A DNA stretch of 64,000 nt, from the NCBI GenBank assembly GCA_015232535.1, contig JADFZM010000001.1:35263-99262 (forward strand), in the 5' to 3' direction. Below, one piece after another: positions 36,649 through 44,993 of the stretch (within the stretch, counting starts at the first letter, position 1; each line of letters starts with the position of its first letter). The stretch comes from Candidatus Omnitrophota bacterium. Lineage in GTDB: Bacteria; Omnitrophota; Gorgyraeia; Zapsychrales; Zapsychraceae. The translations under genes and the position numbers were made by a program. The notes below the pieces were generated by a model. The model saw only the letters and a list, made by a program, of their open reading frames with translations, searched no databases and had not been told where the DNA came from.

Positions 36649-38760
36649 TCAAACAAAGCCCAGTATCAATCCTCCCTGGTATGCGATGAACGAAACTAAC
36701 CAGGCCAAAATCAAACTGTAACCCACACCGAATAGGGTCCATTTTAACGAACCAAGTTCGCGGTACATGACGCCAAGAGTACCGACGCAGGGAATATAAA
36801 TGAGCGTAAAAAGCATGAAAGATAATGCGGCCATTGGCGTCATATCTTTCTTTAGCGCGTTTCGAAGAGTATCATTTTCTTCATTAACATTTTCTCCCGC
36901 TTGATATAAAACCCCGAAGGTCGATACAACTATTTCTTTTGCGGCGATGCCGGTTAAAAGAGCGATCCCTCCCTTCCATCCGAACCCTAATGGCTCAAGA
37001 ACCGGTTCAATAAATTTTCCGGCCCGTCCGGCATAGCTGTTTAAGATATGCTCGTCATGGCTTAACGCTATCTGGGAATCTGACTTTGGTTTTGGGAAAG
37101 CGGTCATAAACCAAATAAGGATTGAGGCAATAAGTATTATACCGCCGACTTTTCTTAAGAAGATTGAAGCTTTTTCCCACATATGAATGAGAATGCTTTG
37201 CACGCGCGGAATGCGGTAGGGTGGAAGTTCCATAACAAAGGGGGCTGCCTCTCCCTTAAATATAGTTTTGCGGAAGAGCTGGCCGACTAATATCGCTAAA
37301 ATTATACCGGTTATATAAATTGAAAAAATAACTGTCCCCGCGTTTCTACCGAAGAAAGTTCCGGCAAGAAGCACATAAACCGGCAATCGCGCGCTGCAGC
37401 TGACCAAAGGATTTATCAGGATAGTCAAGATCCGGTCAGTCTTATTTTCTAAGGTCCTTGCCCCCATAATAGCTGATGTATTGCAGCCAAATCCCATTAT
37501 CATCGGGATAAAGCTCTTGCCGTGTAGCCCTAATGTATGCATCACCCTGTCCATTATGAACGCGGCCCGGGCCATATAGCCTGTATCTTCAAACAAAGAT
37601 ATGAAGAAAAATAATATAAGAATATTCGGCAGGAATACGACAACGCCCCCTATACCTGAAATTATGCCGTTTACTACCAAGTCGTTTAACATCCCATCCG
37701 GAATTGCCGATGAGGCAAAATTGCTAACATGCCCGACAAGGGATTCGATCCAATCCGTAGGATAACCGCCCAATTTAAAAGTTGTTTGGAACATGACCCA
37801 GAGTAGGCCGATAAGGATCGGTATCCCAAGAAGACGGTTGGTTAAAACCTTATCGATTTTATCCGAAAATGTGATACGGTCGAAGGAGCGGTGGCTATAG
37901 GCTTCCTGCAACAGCCCTTTGATAAATCCGTAACGTGCATCGGCTAAAATTATTTCCGATTCGTCATCGAGTATTTTCTCGATATGAGCATGGCTTGAAG
38001 CGACTTGTTTTTCGATATCATCTTTTGCTTGAGCCCGGCCGTATATTTCTTCCGCAACGTTTTTATCATGTTCTAACAACTTTACGGCCAGCCACCTTGT
38101 ATAAAACATTTTCGGTATTACCGGGTCTTTTTTAAGTTCGGCCTGAATTTTCTTTATCTCTTCTTCTACTTCCGCGCCGTAGTTAATGTGGATGTGACGA
38201 GATAACGGCTCTTTTACTTCTTTAATGGCGACCGCTTCTTTAAGCAGGTCTTGAATCCCTTTTCCTATAGTCCCGATTGTGTTCACTACCGGCATACCTA
38301 AAAGTTCCGCCAGCTTCTTCTTATCAATATGAATACCTTTATGCTCGGCTTCGTCAGTCATATTAAGCGCGACAACCGCTTTACAGCCGAGTTCGATAAG
38401 CTGGGTAGTCAAATACAAGTTTCTTTCCAGATTCGTCGAATCGATCACATTTATTATCACATCCGGGCGTTCTTTTATAATGAAATCACGGGCAACCAGC
38501 TCTTCCATAGAGAAAGCGGTCAAGCTGTATGTCCCGGGCAAATCAACAACTTCGATAGTATAGCCTCCGTAATGAGCGTAGCCTTCTTTCTTCTCAACGG
38601 TGACTCCGGCCCAGTTACCTACATGTTGGCGCATTCCGGTAAGAGCGTTAAAAATAGATGTCTTTCCGGAATTAGGATTACCGGCAAGCGCAACTTTTAT
38701 TCTCTTTTGTACCAATTCCACATTAGAGGCTGTTTCATCAATTTCTTTCGTTAACATCAT
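36649..38760 (-). CDS. feoB: Ferrous iron transport protein B
   Basis: G-domain GNPNSGKTSIFNALTG, DLPGTYSL, NMTD; C-terminal polytopic gate domains; 703 aa. Confidence 0.95.
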   Translation of the reverse strand: MMLTKEIDETASNVELVQKRIKVALAGNPNSGKTSIFNALTGMRQHVGNWAGVTVEKKEGYAHYGGYTIEVVDLPGTYSLTAFSMEELVARDFIIKERPDVIINVIDSTNLERNLYLTTQLIELGCKAVVALNMTDEAEHKGIHIDKKKLAELLGMPVVNTIGTIGKGIQDLLKEAVAIKEVKEPLSRHIHINYGAEVEEEIKKIQAELKKDPVIPKMFYTRWLAVKLLEHDKNVAEEIYGRAQAKDDIEKQVASSHAHIEKILDDESEIILADARYGFIKGLLQEAYSHRSFDRITFSDKIDKVLTNRLLGIPILIGLLWVMFQTTFKLGGYPTDWIESLVGHVSNFASSAIPDGMLNDLVVNGIISGIGGVVVFLPNILILFFFISLFEDTGYMARAAFIMDRVMHTLGLHGKSFIPMIMGFGCNTSAIMGARTLENKTDRILTILINPLVSCSARLPVYVLLAGTFFGRNAGTVIFSIYITGIILAILVGQLFRKTIFKGEAAPFVMELPPYRIPRVQSILIHMWEKASIFLRKVGGIILIASILIWFMTAFPKPKSDSQIALSHDEHILNSYAGRAGKFIEPVLEPLGFGWKGGIALLTGIAAKEIVVSTFGVLYQAGENVNEENDTLRNALKKDMTPMAALSFMLFTLIYIPCVGTLGVMYRELGSLKWTLFGVGYSLILAWLVSFIAYQGGLILGFV

Positions 38761-38987
38761 AACTCCTTTTGAGGTATAATTTCGATAAGGTGGGCTAAAC
38801 TTCTATCTAGTGCCAAGCGGCATCCTCCTAAACCGACAATTAGGTTATTCCCTGAAGTGTATTGCATTATCTCTACTTCTTTGCCTGAAACAAAACCTAA
38901 TTCAGCTAAAAATATTTTTAAATCAAACTTACCGCGTAACCCGACTACAACTCCCTTGTTTCTAAGCCCTAACATTGAAAGAGGCAT
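38757..38987 (-). CDS. feoA: FeoA family protein
   Basis: SH3-like FeoA fold, LAELGFVSGKEVEI; 4 nt overlap with feoB. Confidence 0.85.
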   Translation of the reverse strand: MPLSMLGLRNKGVVVGLRGKFDLKIFLAELGFVSGKEVEIMQYTSGNNLIVGLGGCRLALDRSLAHLIEIIPQKEL

Positions 38988-39019
38988 ATTGATTCTCCTT
39001 TAAAACAGAATGGTTAAGA

Positions 39020-39247
39020 TTAAGCTTTAGCCACATAAACATCGTTTGCCTCTTCTCTTCTTAAAGAAACATGATAACCCTTTAAAACAAGCTCCATAGG
39101 ATCCCCTAGTGGAGCTAATTTCTCTACATAAATATCTGTTCCCCGGACAAATCCCATTTCAAGAAGTCGTTTTTTAATACTTTTACTTCCAACCACTTTG
39201 ACAACCTTGCATTTCTCCTTTACTCCGATTTCGCTTAATTTAACCAT
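39020..39247 (-). CDS. feoA: FeoA family protein (second copy)
   Basis: LLEMGFVRGTDIYVEKLAPLGDPMEL. Confidence 0.85.
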   Translation of the reverse strand: MVKLSEIGVKEKCKVVKVVGSKSIKKRLLEMGFVRGTDIYVEKLAPLGDPMELVLKGYHVSLRREEANDVYVAKA

Positions 39248-39272
39248 TCTTGCTCCCTTCCATTATATTAGT

Positions 39273-39295
39273 CGTGAATTTGATAATCATTATCA
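39273..39295. promoter_or_regulatory. Fur box (gtgaatttGATAATCATTATCag) in the feoA-feoA-feoB promoter
   Basis: 19 bp palindromic Fur consensus match 25 nt upstream of the feoA start. Confidence 0.6.
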
Positions 39296-39314
39296 GTAAA
39301 TTCTCAAAAAAATA

Positions 39315-39749
39315 TTACTTATTGCAAGATTTGCAAATGCCGTACAGATCAAGGCGATGCCTTTGCGGCAGAAATCCGTAAGCATCAAAAAGCTTGTCTT
39401 GAAGCCTCTCGATCTCGGGATCAAGCACTTCGACAAATTTGCCGCATTTTGTACAGATAAGATGGTCGTGATGCTGGGTCTCATCCTGATATTCATAGCG
39501 CGTTGTTCCGTCATCAAGCTTAAGTTCCCGGCAAAGGCCGCATTCGCATAAGAGTTTTAGCGTCCGGTAAATAGTGGCAAAGCCTACCGAAGGGGTTTTC
39601 TTTTGCACTAAAACAAAAAGCTCGTGAGCGGTCAGATGTTTACCTGAATCTAAAAAGTCCTGCAGAATGCTCATCCTCTGCTCGCTGTGCTTTAGGTTTT
39701 TAGTAGCCAGGTAATTATGGAATATTTCAATAGCGTCTCTATTAGTCAT
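39315..39749 (-). CDS. fur: Ferric uptake regulator
   Basis: Winged-helix N-terminus; metal sites HHDHLICTKCGKFVEV and C-terminal CxxC. Confidence 0.9.
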   Translation of the reverse strand: MTNRDAIEIFHNYLATKNLKHSEQRMSILQDFLDSGKHLTAHELFVLVQKKTPSVGFATIYRTLKLLCECGLCRELKLDDGTTRYEYQDETQHHDHLICTKCGKFVEVLDPEIERLQDKLFDAYGFLPQRHRLDLYGICKSCNK

Positions 39750-39765
39750 TTTGTCGCTTTATGAA

Positions 39766-39787
39766 GTTGATATTCATTATCATGATG
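39766..39787. promoter_or_regulatory. Fur box-like operator (gtTGATATTCATTATCAtgatg) upstream of fur (autoregulation)
   Basis: Degenerate copy of the same core 17 nt upstream of the fur ATG. Confidence 0.5.
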
Positions 39788-39847
39788 AAGAATAACATTT
39801 AATGCTTCTTTTGTCAAAGGATTTTAATTTAATTTATCAGATTCAAT

Positions 39848-40231
39848 TTATATGTTTGATCCGACTAGAGGTAATTCCTTAGTGATCGAAAATGTTACTA
39901 GAAATCTTACTTTACCTTCGTCATCATCATTTTTGCAGCGATGGGCTCTTCTTAAGCGATCGACTTCTTCTTTGTTTTGGGTTTCGCTTATTTTTAGGAG
40001 GTACAGCCTTTTGCCTTTGTATCCCGGGCCGTCTTCTTTAAATAAAAAACAAGCTTTTGGGTTTTTCTGAAGGTTGCTATGGCTTAGTTTATCGGCCATG
40101 ATAAATGCGATATTCCCGTTATCCAAAACATGCGGCCGCGAATAAATCGCCGAATCAACCTCTCCTTTATTGTCCGATGTCGATAAGACGCTTATACCTT
40201 TTGTTCCCTCAAAATAATCTTTAAGTTTCAT
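39848..40231 (-). CDS. Pyridoxamine 5-prime-phosphate oxidase-like FMN-binding split-barrel protein
   Basis: 127 aa, SAIYSRPHVL ... ACFLF pattern of the PNPOx-like family. Confidence 0.55.
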   Translation of the reverse strand: MKLKDYFEGTKGISVLSTSDNKGEVDSAIYSRPHVLDNGNIAFIMADKLSHSNLQKNPKACFLFKEDGPGYKGKRLYLLKISETQNKEEVDRLRRAHRCKNDDDEGKVRFLVTFSITKELPLVGSNI

Positions 40232-40258
40232 TATAACTCCTGTTTTTTATTTGTTGGT

Positions 40259-40960
40259 TTATGATTTCTCGCAATAGAATGCGCATACTGTTCCGCCAAG
40301 CATTTTATCTGTTGATACAATTTTTAACTTTGACAAGGCTATGTATTTTACAATATCTTCGGGTTTAACAAAAGATTTTATTGAAGATGAAAGATATGAA
40401 TACGCCTTATATGATCCGCCGAATATATTAGCGATAATAGGAATTAAATTCATTAAATAATAGTGAAATATTCTTCCGAAGAATGAATTTGTCGGCGGAA
40501 AGAACTCTAAGATCGCAAGATTCCCCCCTTCCTTAAGCGAGAATGATATATCTTGCAAGGCCGTTAAAGGGTCGGGTAAGTTTCTTAGGCCAAAGGCTAT
40601 TGAAGCAATATCAAAAGTACCCTCCCGAAAAGGCAAATTATAAATATCGGCTTCTACCGGGATAATGCATTCTTCCTTCTTCGATCGGATTATTTTAGAT
40701 TGAGCTTTTATCAGCATTTCATGGGAGAAATCAACGGAGTAAATTTTAGAGTGCTTAAGTATTTTTGCGAGCTCTAAGGATATGTCGCAAGTCCCGCAGC
40801 ATAAGTCCAGGACTTGCTTATTTCTTAGCGCGGAAAAACTCTTAACCAACTTTTTCCTCCACCTCCTATCAAGGTTAAAGCTAAGTACACGGTTCAGGAG
40901 GTCATAGCGCGCAGCTATAGCAGAAAATAGTTTTGATAAATTGCGTTTATTAGTGTCCAC
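40259..40960 (-). CDS. Class I SAM-dependent methyltransferase, UbiE/MenG family
   Basis: LSKLFSAIAARYDLLNRVLSF N-terminal signature, VLDLCCGTCD motif I. Confidence 0.75.
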   Translation of the reverse strand: MDTNKRNLSKLFSAIAARYDLLNRVLSFNLDRRWRKKLVKSFSALRNKQVLDLCCGTCDISLELAKILKHSKIYSVDFSHEMLIKAQSKIIRSKKEECIIPVEADIYNLPFREGTFDIASIAFGLRNLPDPLTALQDISFSLKEGGNLAILEFFPPTNSFFGRIFHYYLMNLIPIIANIFGGSYKAYSYLSSSIKSFVKPEDIVKYIALSKLKIVSTDKMLGGTVCAFYCEKS

Positions 40961-40980
40961 TTTGGAATATAGTATCGTAT

Positions 40981-41742
40981 TTAGCTGATGATGCCTCGTA
41001 TGTACTCTTTAGTTATTTCTTCCTGCGGGTCTTCAAAGATATCGTCGGCCGGGCCATGCTCAATAAGTCGGCCCATGTAAAGGAAAAGCACATAATCCGC
41101 GAGCCGTTTCGCTTGGCGTAAAATATGGGTTACGATGATGATTGTATATTGCTGTTTAAGCTCTAAAAAACGTTTCTCTATATGCTGGCTAGATTTGGGG
41201 TCAAGCGCCGATGTCGGTTCATCGCCGAGAATTATTTCCGGGCCGACGGCAAGGCCGCGGGCTAAACACAACCTTTGCTGCTGCCCCACCGAGAGATGCG
41301 ATGCCGGAGAATGAAGCTTAGCTTTAACTTCTTCCCAAAGGCTGGCTGTTTTAAGGAAATGTTCGACTATCCTATCTAATTTGTGTTTATTCCTCTCTCC
41401 GTGCAGGCGAGGCCCGTAAGCGATATTATCATAGATGGACATCGGAAGCGGATACGGTTTTTGGGAAAGCAGGCCCATTTTCTTCCGTATGCGGGTTACT
41501 TCCACGTTCGGGCCGTAAATATCTTCCCCGTCGACAAGGACTTGGCCGGTTACTTTGATATTATCGCTTGGGTCTAAAAGGCGGTTGAATGATTTTAAAA
41601 GCGTTGTTTTCCCGCAACCGGACGGGCCGATGATTACCGTTATTTTCTTGTTTGGTATCTTAACGCTTATATCTTTTAATGCCTGGTCTTTGCCGTAAAA
41701 GACGCTTAAGTTTTCAACTTTTATATGGCCTTTTGATTCCAT
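40981..41742 (-). CDS. pstB: Phosphate ABC transporter ATP-binding protein
   Basis: Walker A GPSGCGKTT, signature LSVGQQQRL, Walker B IILGDEPTSALD; PstB-type N-terminus. Confidence 0.9.
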   Translation of the reverse strand: MESKGHIKVENLSVFYGKDQALKDISVKIPNKKITVIIGPSGCGKTTLLKSFNRLLDPSDNIKVTGQVLVDGEDIYGPNVEVTRIRKKMGLLSQKPYPLPMSIYDNIAYGPRLHGERNKHKLDRIVEHFLKTASLWEEVKAKLHSPASHLSVGQQQRLCLARGLAVGPEIILGDEPTSALDPKSSQHIEKRFLELKQQYTIIIVTHILRQAKRLADYVLFLYMGRLIEHGPADDIFEDPQEEITKEYIRGIIS

Positions 41743-41752
41743 TTTTGCCCTC

Positions 41753-42604
41753 TTATCTCACAATATGCCGGGTGAATTTCTTTGTCATTAACCGGGAGAT
41801 TATGCTTATGCTAAGAATTATTATTGTCAAAATCAAAGCCGCCGCGTAAGCTCTTCCCTGCACGGCGGGGATAGGTGAAGAAAATTGAAAGAAAATAGTC
41901 AGCGGCAAAGTAGCGACCGGGCTAAATAGCGATGTCGGAAGCGAATCGGTAAACCCGGCTGTAAAAATCAATGAAGCGGCGTCGCCTATGCCCCGGCCGA
42001 AAGCGATAAGAACTGCCGTGGATATTCCAGGAAGAGATTGCCTAACAACAACCTTAAAGGCTGTTTCAAATCGAGTTGCGCCGAGCGCGTATGAAGCATC
42101 CATTAGCGGTTGCGGTACCATTCTTATTACTTCATCCATAGAGCGGGTCATTATCGGCAAAATAAGAAAAGCAACTGTTAGCATACCTGCAAGCAACGAA
42201 CATTTAAGGCCTAAAACCAGCATCAGAGTAAAGCCGAAAGCTCCATAAACAATCGAAGGTATTCCCCATAAGACATCAAATGTAAAACGGGTAAAGTAAG
42301 CTAATTTTGATCCTTTTTTGGCATAAACATTAAGGTAAAGAGTAATCGGCAGGCTTAACAAAAATGCCAAAATGGTAGCGCCTCCAGTTAAGTATAAAGA
42401 TCCCAATATGGAATTTAAGATACCCCCTTCTTTCCCTAAATAATAACAAGTTTTGGGGGTTTGGGTAAACATTGCCCAGCTTAAATGAGGCAATCCCTTG
42501 ATTATAATCGTCAGTAAAATCATAGATAATACCGCTACAATTAAGGCCGTAGAGGCGATCATTAGAAATTTGAAGAAATTCTCTTCTAAGGAACGTTTAT
42601 CCAT
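41753..42604 (-). CDS. pstA: Phosphate ABC transporter permease PstA
   Basis: Six TM helices; EAA-like loop YALGATRFETAFKVVV. Confidence 0.85.
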   Translation of the reverse strand: MDKRSLEENFFKFLMIASTALIVAVLSMILLTIIIKGLPHLSWAMFTQTPKTCYYLGKEGGILNSILGSLYLTGGATILAFLLSLPITLYLNVYAKKGSKLAYFTRFTFDVLWGIPSIVYGAFGFTLMLVLGLKCSLLAGMLTVAFLILPIMTRSMDEVIRMVPQPLMDASYALGATRFETAFKVVVRQSLPGISTAVLIAFGRGIGDAASLIFTAGFTDSLPTSLFSPVATLPLTIFFQFSSPIPAVQGRAYAAALILTIIILSISIISRLMTKKFTRHIVR

Positions 42605-43529
42605 AATAATAACTGCTCCATTTTGAGCCGCTTAAAATCATTCTCGAAATAATATTGAAATAAAGGACAACCAGCAAAAGAAGCAAAGCCGCAAAAAGCA
42701 GGGCCGAGTCATACATAGGAATAGAAAGCATTTCTCCGTAATTGTTAGCAATAAGCGCCGGCAGCGGATAGGCCGGGTCAAATAGCGATTTGGGGATCCG
42801 GGCAACATTGCCGACTACCATAAGGACCGCGATCGTTTCTCCGAAAGCCCGCGACAAAGCCAAAACAATCGCCGCGACTATTCCCGGCATAGCACGCTTC
42901 ATAACGACATGCTTGATTGTCTGCCATTTTGTCGCCCCTAAGGCTAATGATGCATCTTTCATGTCCTTGGGCACCGCTTTTAAAATTTCAACAGAGATGT
43001 GGATAATTACCGGGAAAACCATAATTGCCAAGACTATTCCTCCGGCAGCTATGCTGTATCCTGTGGAAGAAATTCCGAATAACGGAGCAAGATAATTCTT
43101 GATAAAAGGCACGATCGCCAAAACTCCCCAAATACCGTATACTACAGACGGGATCCCGGCCAGGATATCGATCAAAGGGCTTATCAATTCACGCAATTTG
43201 GCCGGGGCATACTCGACCAAGTAAAGAGAAGTAAGCAGGCAAATCGGAATCGCAATCGCCATGGCAACCCCTGTCACCCATAAACTCCCGGCGATAAAAG
43301 GCAGGAACCCAAATAAGCCCTTGGAAGGCTTCCAAACGGTCGAGAACAAAAGGTTAGGCAAAGTCATCATTGTATGTATCGGATGGGTGCGCAAAAAAAG
43401 AACAAGTATTATTAAAAATAAAGCGAGCCCAAAGATGAGCATAAAAACAAAAAGCGACTTCTCAGCGAATCGATCTTTAAGGATTCTTATTTTCTCAAAA
43501 TTTAAAAATTGTTGAAAGAATCTAGTCAT
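42597..43529 (-). CDS. pstC: Phosphate ABC transporter permease PstC
   Basis: Polytopic permease; LALGATKWQTIKHVVM EAA loop. Confidence 0.85.
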   Translation of the reverse strand: MTRFFQQFLNFEKIRILKDRFAEKSLFVFMLIFGLALFLIILVLFLRTHPIHTMMTLPNLLFSTVWKPSKGLFGFLPFIAGSLWVTGVAMAIAIPICLLTSLYLVEYAPAKLRELISPLIDILAGIPSVVYGIWGVLAIVPFIKNYLAPLFGISSTGYSIAAGGIVLAIMVFPVIIHISVEILKAVPKDMKDASLALGATKWQTIKHVVMKRAMPGIVAAIVLALSRAFGETIAVLMVVGNVARIPKSLFDPAYPLPALIANNYGEMLSIPMYDSALLFAALLLLLVVLYFNIISRMILSGSKWSSYYYG

Positions 43530-44481
43530 TGCCTATTTTATCGAGGTCTTCATAAACAGTTTGATCGGAAACTTTCATGTAACCGTTCTCAGCCACAAAC
43601 TTCTGCCCGTCGGTTATAGCCCATCGCAAAAAGAGCCGGACTAAATTGTTCTCCGGGCGGCCGTTCGATACAAAATAAAGCTCTCTTGCCGGCGGTGACG
43701 GGTATTTGCCATCGGCGATTGCGGAGGTGATTGTTCTGACATTATCATAGAAGTTTTCATCTTTGTCTATTTTCCCGTTTGAGTTAATGTCAATTGGTAA
43801 GACGGCTATGCCGTCAATTTGTTTTTGCGAATTCAAGTCGTAAGCAAAATTAATATTGTTATAGCCAATCCCTAAGAGGTCTTTTTTAACCGCCTCCGCG
43901 ACCCCTGGGTCGCCGTAAACACCTATGCCTATCAAGTCTTCCTGTTTCCCACCTAAGTATTTTGCCCATGTTTCCGCTGCCCCGCATGAATCAGAACGGG
44001 TATAAACATTTAAGGTGCTCTTATCTTCTTTATTGATTAACTCACCCCATGTATTGATCGTTCCGCTCATAAATATATCGGAGAAACTTTTTTTGGTAAT
44101 GCCTGTGGAAAGTAAAGAAGCTAATCGCGGGTTATTCGAGTTTGCCGTGGCTACAACTGCGTCAATAACGACAGCTACGGCCCAGGCCCCTTTCTTTATT
44201 TCCTCGGGATTTATTTCGCGGGAAACCATCCCCAAATCCACTACTTTGGCCAAGCAATCAGCCATGCCCTTTCCCGCCCCTCCGGCTGAAACATCGATTT
44301 TAATGCCGGGATAAACCTTCTGAAATTCCTCCGCCCATTTTACAGCCATCGGATAAAGCGCCCAGGCGCCGGAAATCGTAATACGCCCCTTTAGGCCAGA
44401 GTTACTTTCTTGGCAAAGGGCTTTATCTAAGGGGTGAACCATCGCAAGAATCAATAATAAAATAACGTAATATTTCTTCAT
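43522..44481 (-). CDS. pstS: Phosphate ABC transporter substrate-binding protein PstS
   Basis: Signal peptide; ITISGAWALYP ... SAGGAGKG phosphate-binding fold. Confidence 0.85.
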   Translation of the reverse strand: MKKYYVILLLILAMVHPLDKALCQESNSGLKGRITISGAWALYPMAVKWAEEFQKVYPGIKIDVSAGGAGKGMADCLAKVVDLGMVSREINPEEIKKGAWAVAVVIDAVVATANSNNPRLASLLSTGITKKSFSDIFMSGTINTWGELINKEDKSTLNVYTRSDSCGAAETWAKYLGGKQEDLIGIGVYGDPGVAEAVKKDLLGIGYNNINFAYDLNSQKQIDGIAVLPIDINSNGKIDKDENFYDNVRTITSAIADGKYPSPPARELYFVSNGRPENNLVRLFLRWAITDGQKFVAENGYMKVSDQTVYEDLDKIGND

Positions 44482-44993
44482 ATAGACCTCCCTAATGGTA
44501 AATATATATTTTTACGCCCTATATTATCCGCTAAGACGGAATAATTTCAAGTCTTTTTTATTTTCATCGTCGGATAGCCCGCATAAATTGTTTAAATTGT
44601 TGCAATAAATTTATAAACTTTTTTAACTTTGGGATTATATTATCTAAAATTCGGCAGCTGAAAAACCGATATTTTTTGGCCCTATATGAACTCAGTTTAC
44701 ACCCCACTTGAAATAATATTCATCAACTAATTTGATGCTTTAAAAATATCTAAAAATATCTTTATAAGAGGAATTGATCCGGAGGTAACAGATAGACGAA
44801 ATAAGCCTTAAAATCTTAATTGTTATTCTTTTTGCCTTATTTTCCATAAAATATAGATTATCGAAGGAAACTCAGCACAAGTCTTATTTCTTGTTATGGA
44901 CAAGGCTCAAAGCATACAAAAGTTTATCGATGCCACACAAAAATGCCCTGCGAAAACTCTCAATATAAGGCTTCCTATGCCTGATTACTTGTA

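Noticed and set aside
36479-36742. 87 aa ORF-track call overlapping the 3-prime end of feoB
   Set aside because: The N-terminal 37 residues overlap feoB in another frame. The internal Met gives the known FeoB-associated Cys-rich peptide architecture with its own RBS-like purine tract.
44482-44993. 512 bp gap upstream of pstS as a possible sRNA or riboswitch locus, including the aaaaatatct x2 tandem repeat at about 44747-44770
   Set aside because: I could not recognise a conserved riboswitch structure or a Pho-box consensus by eye. It is noted only as a promoter region carrying one copy of the AATTGTTTAAATTGTT motif.
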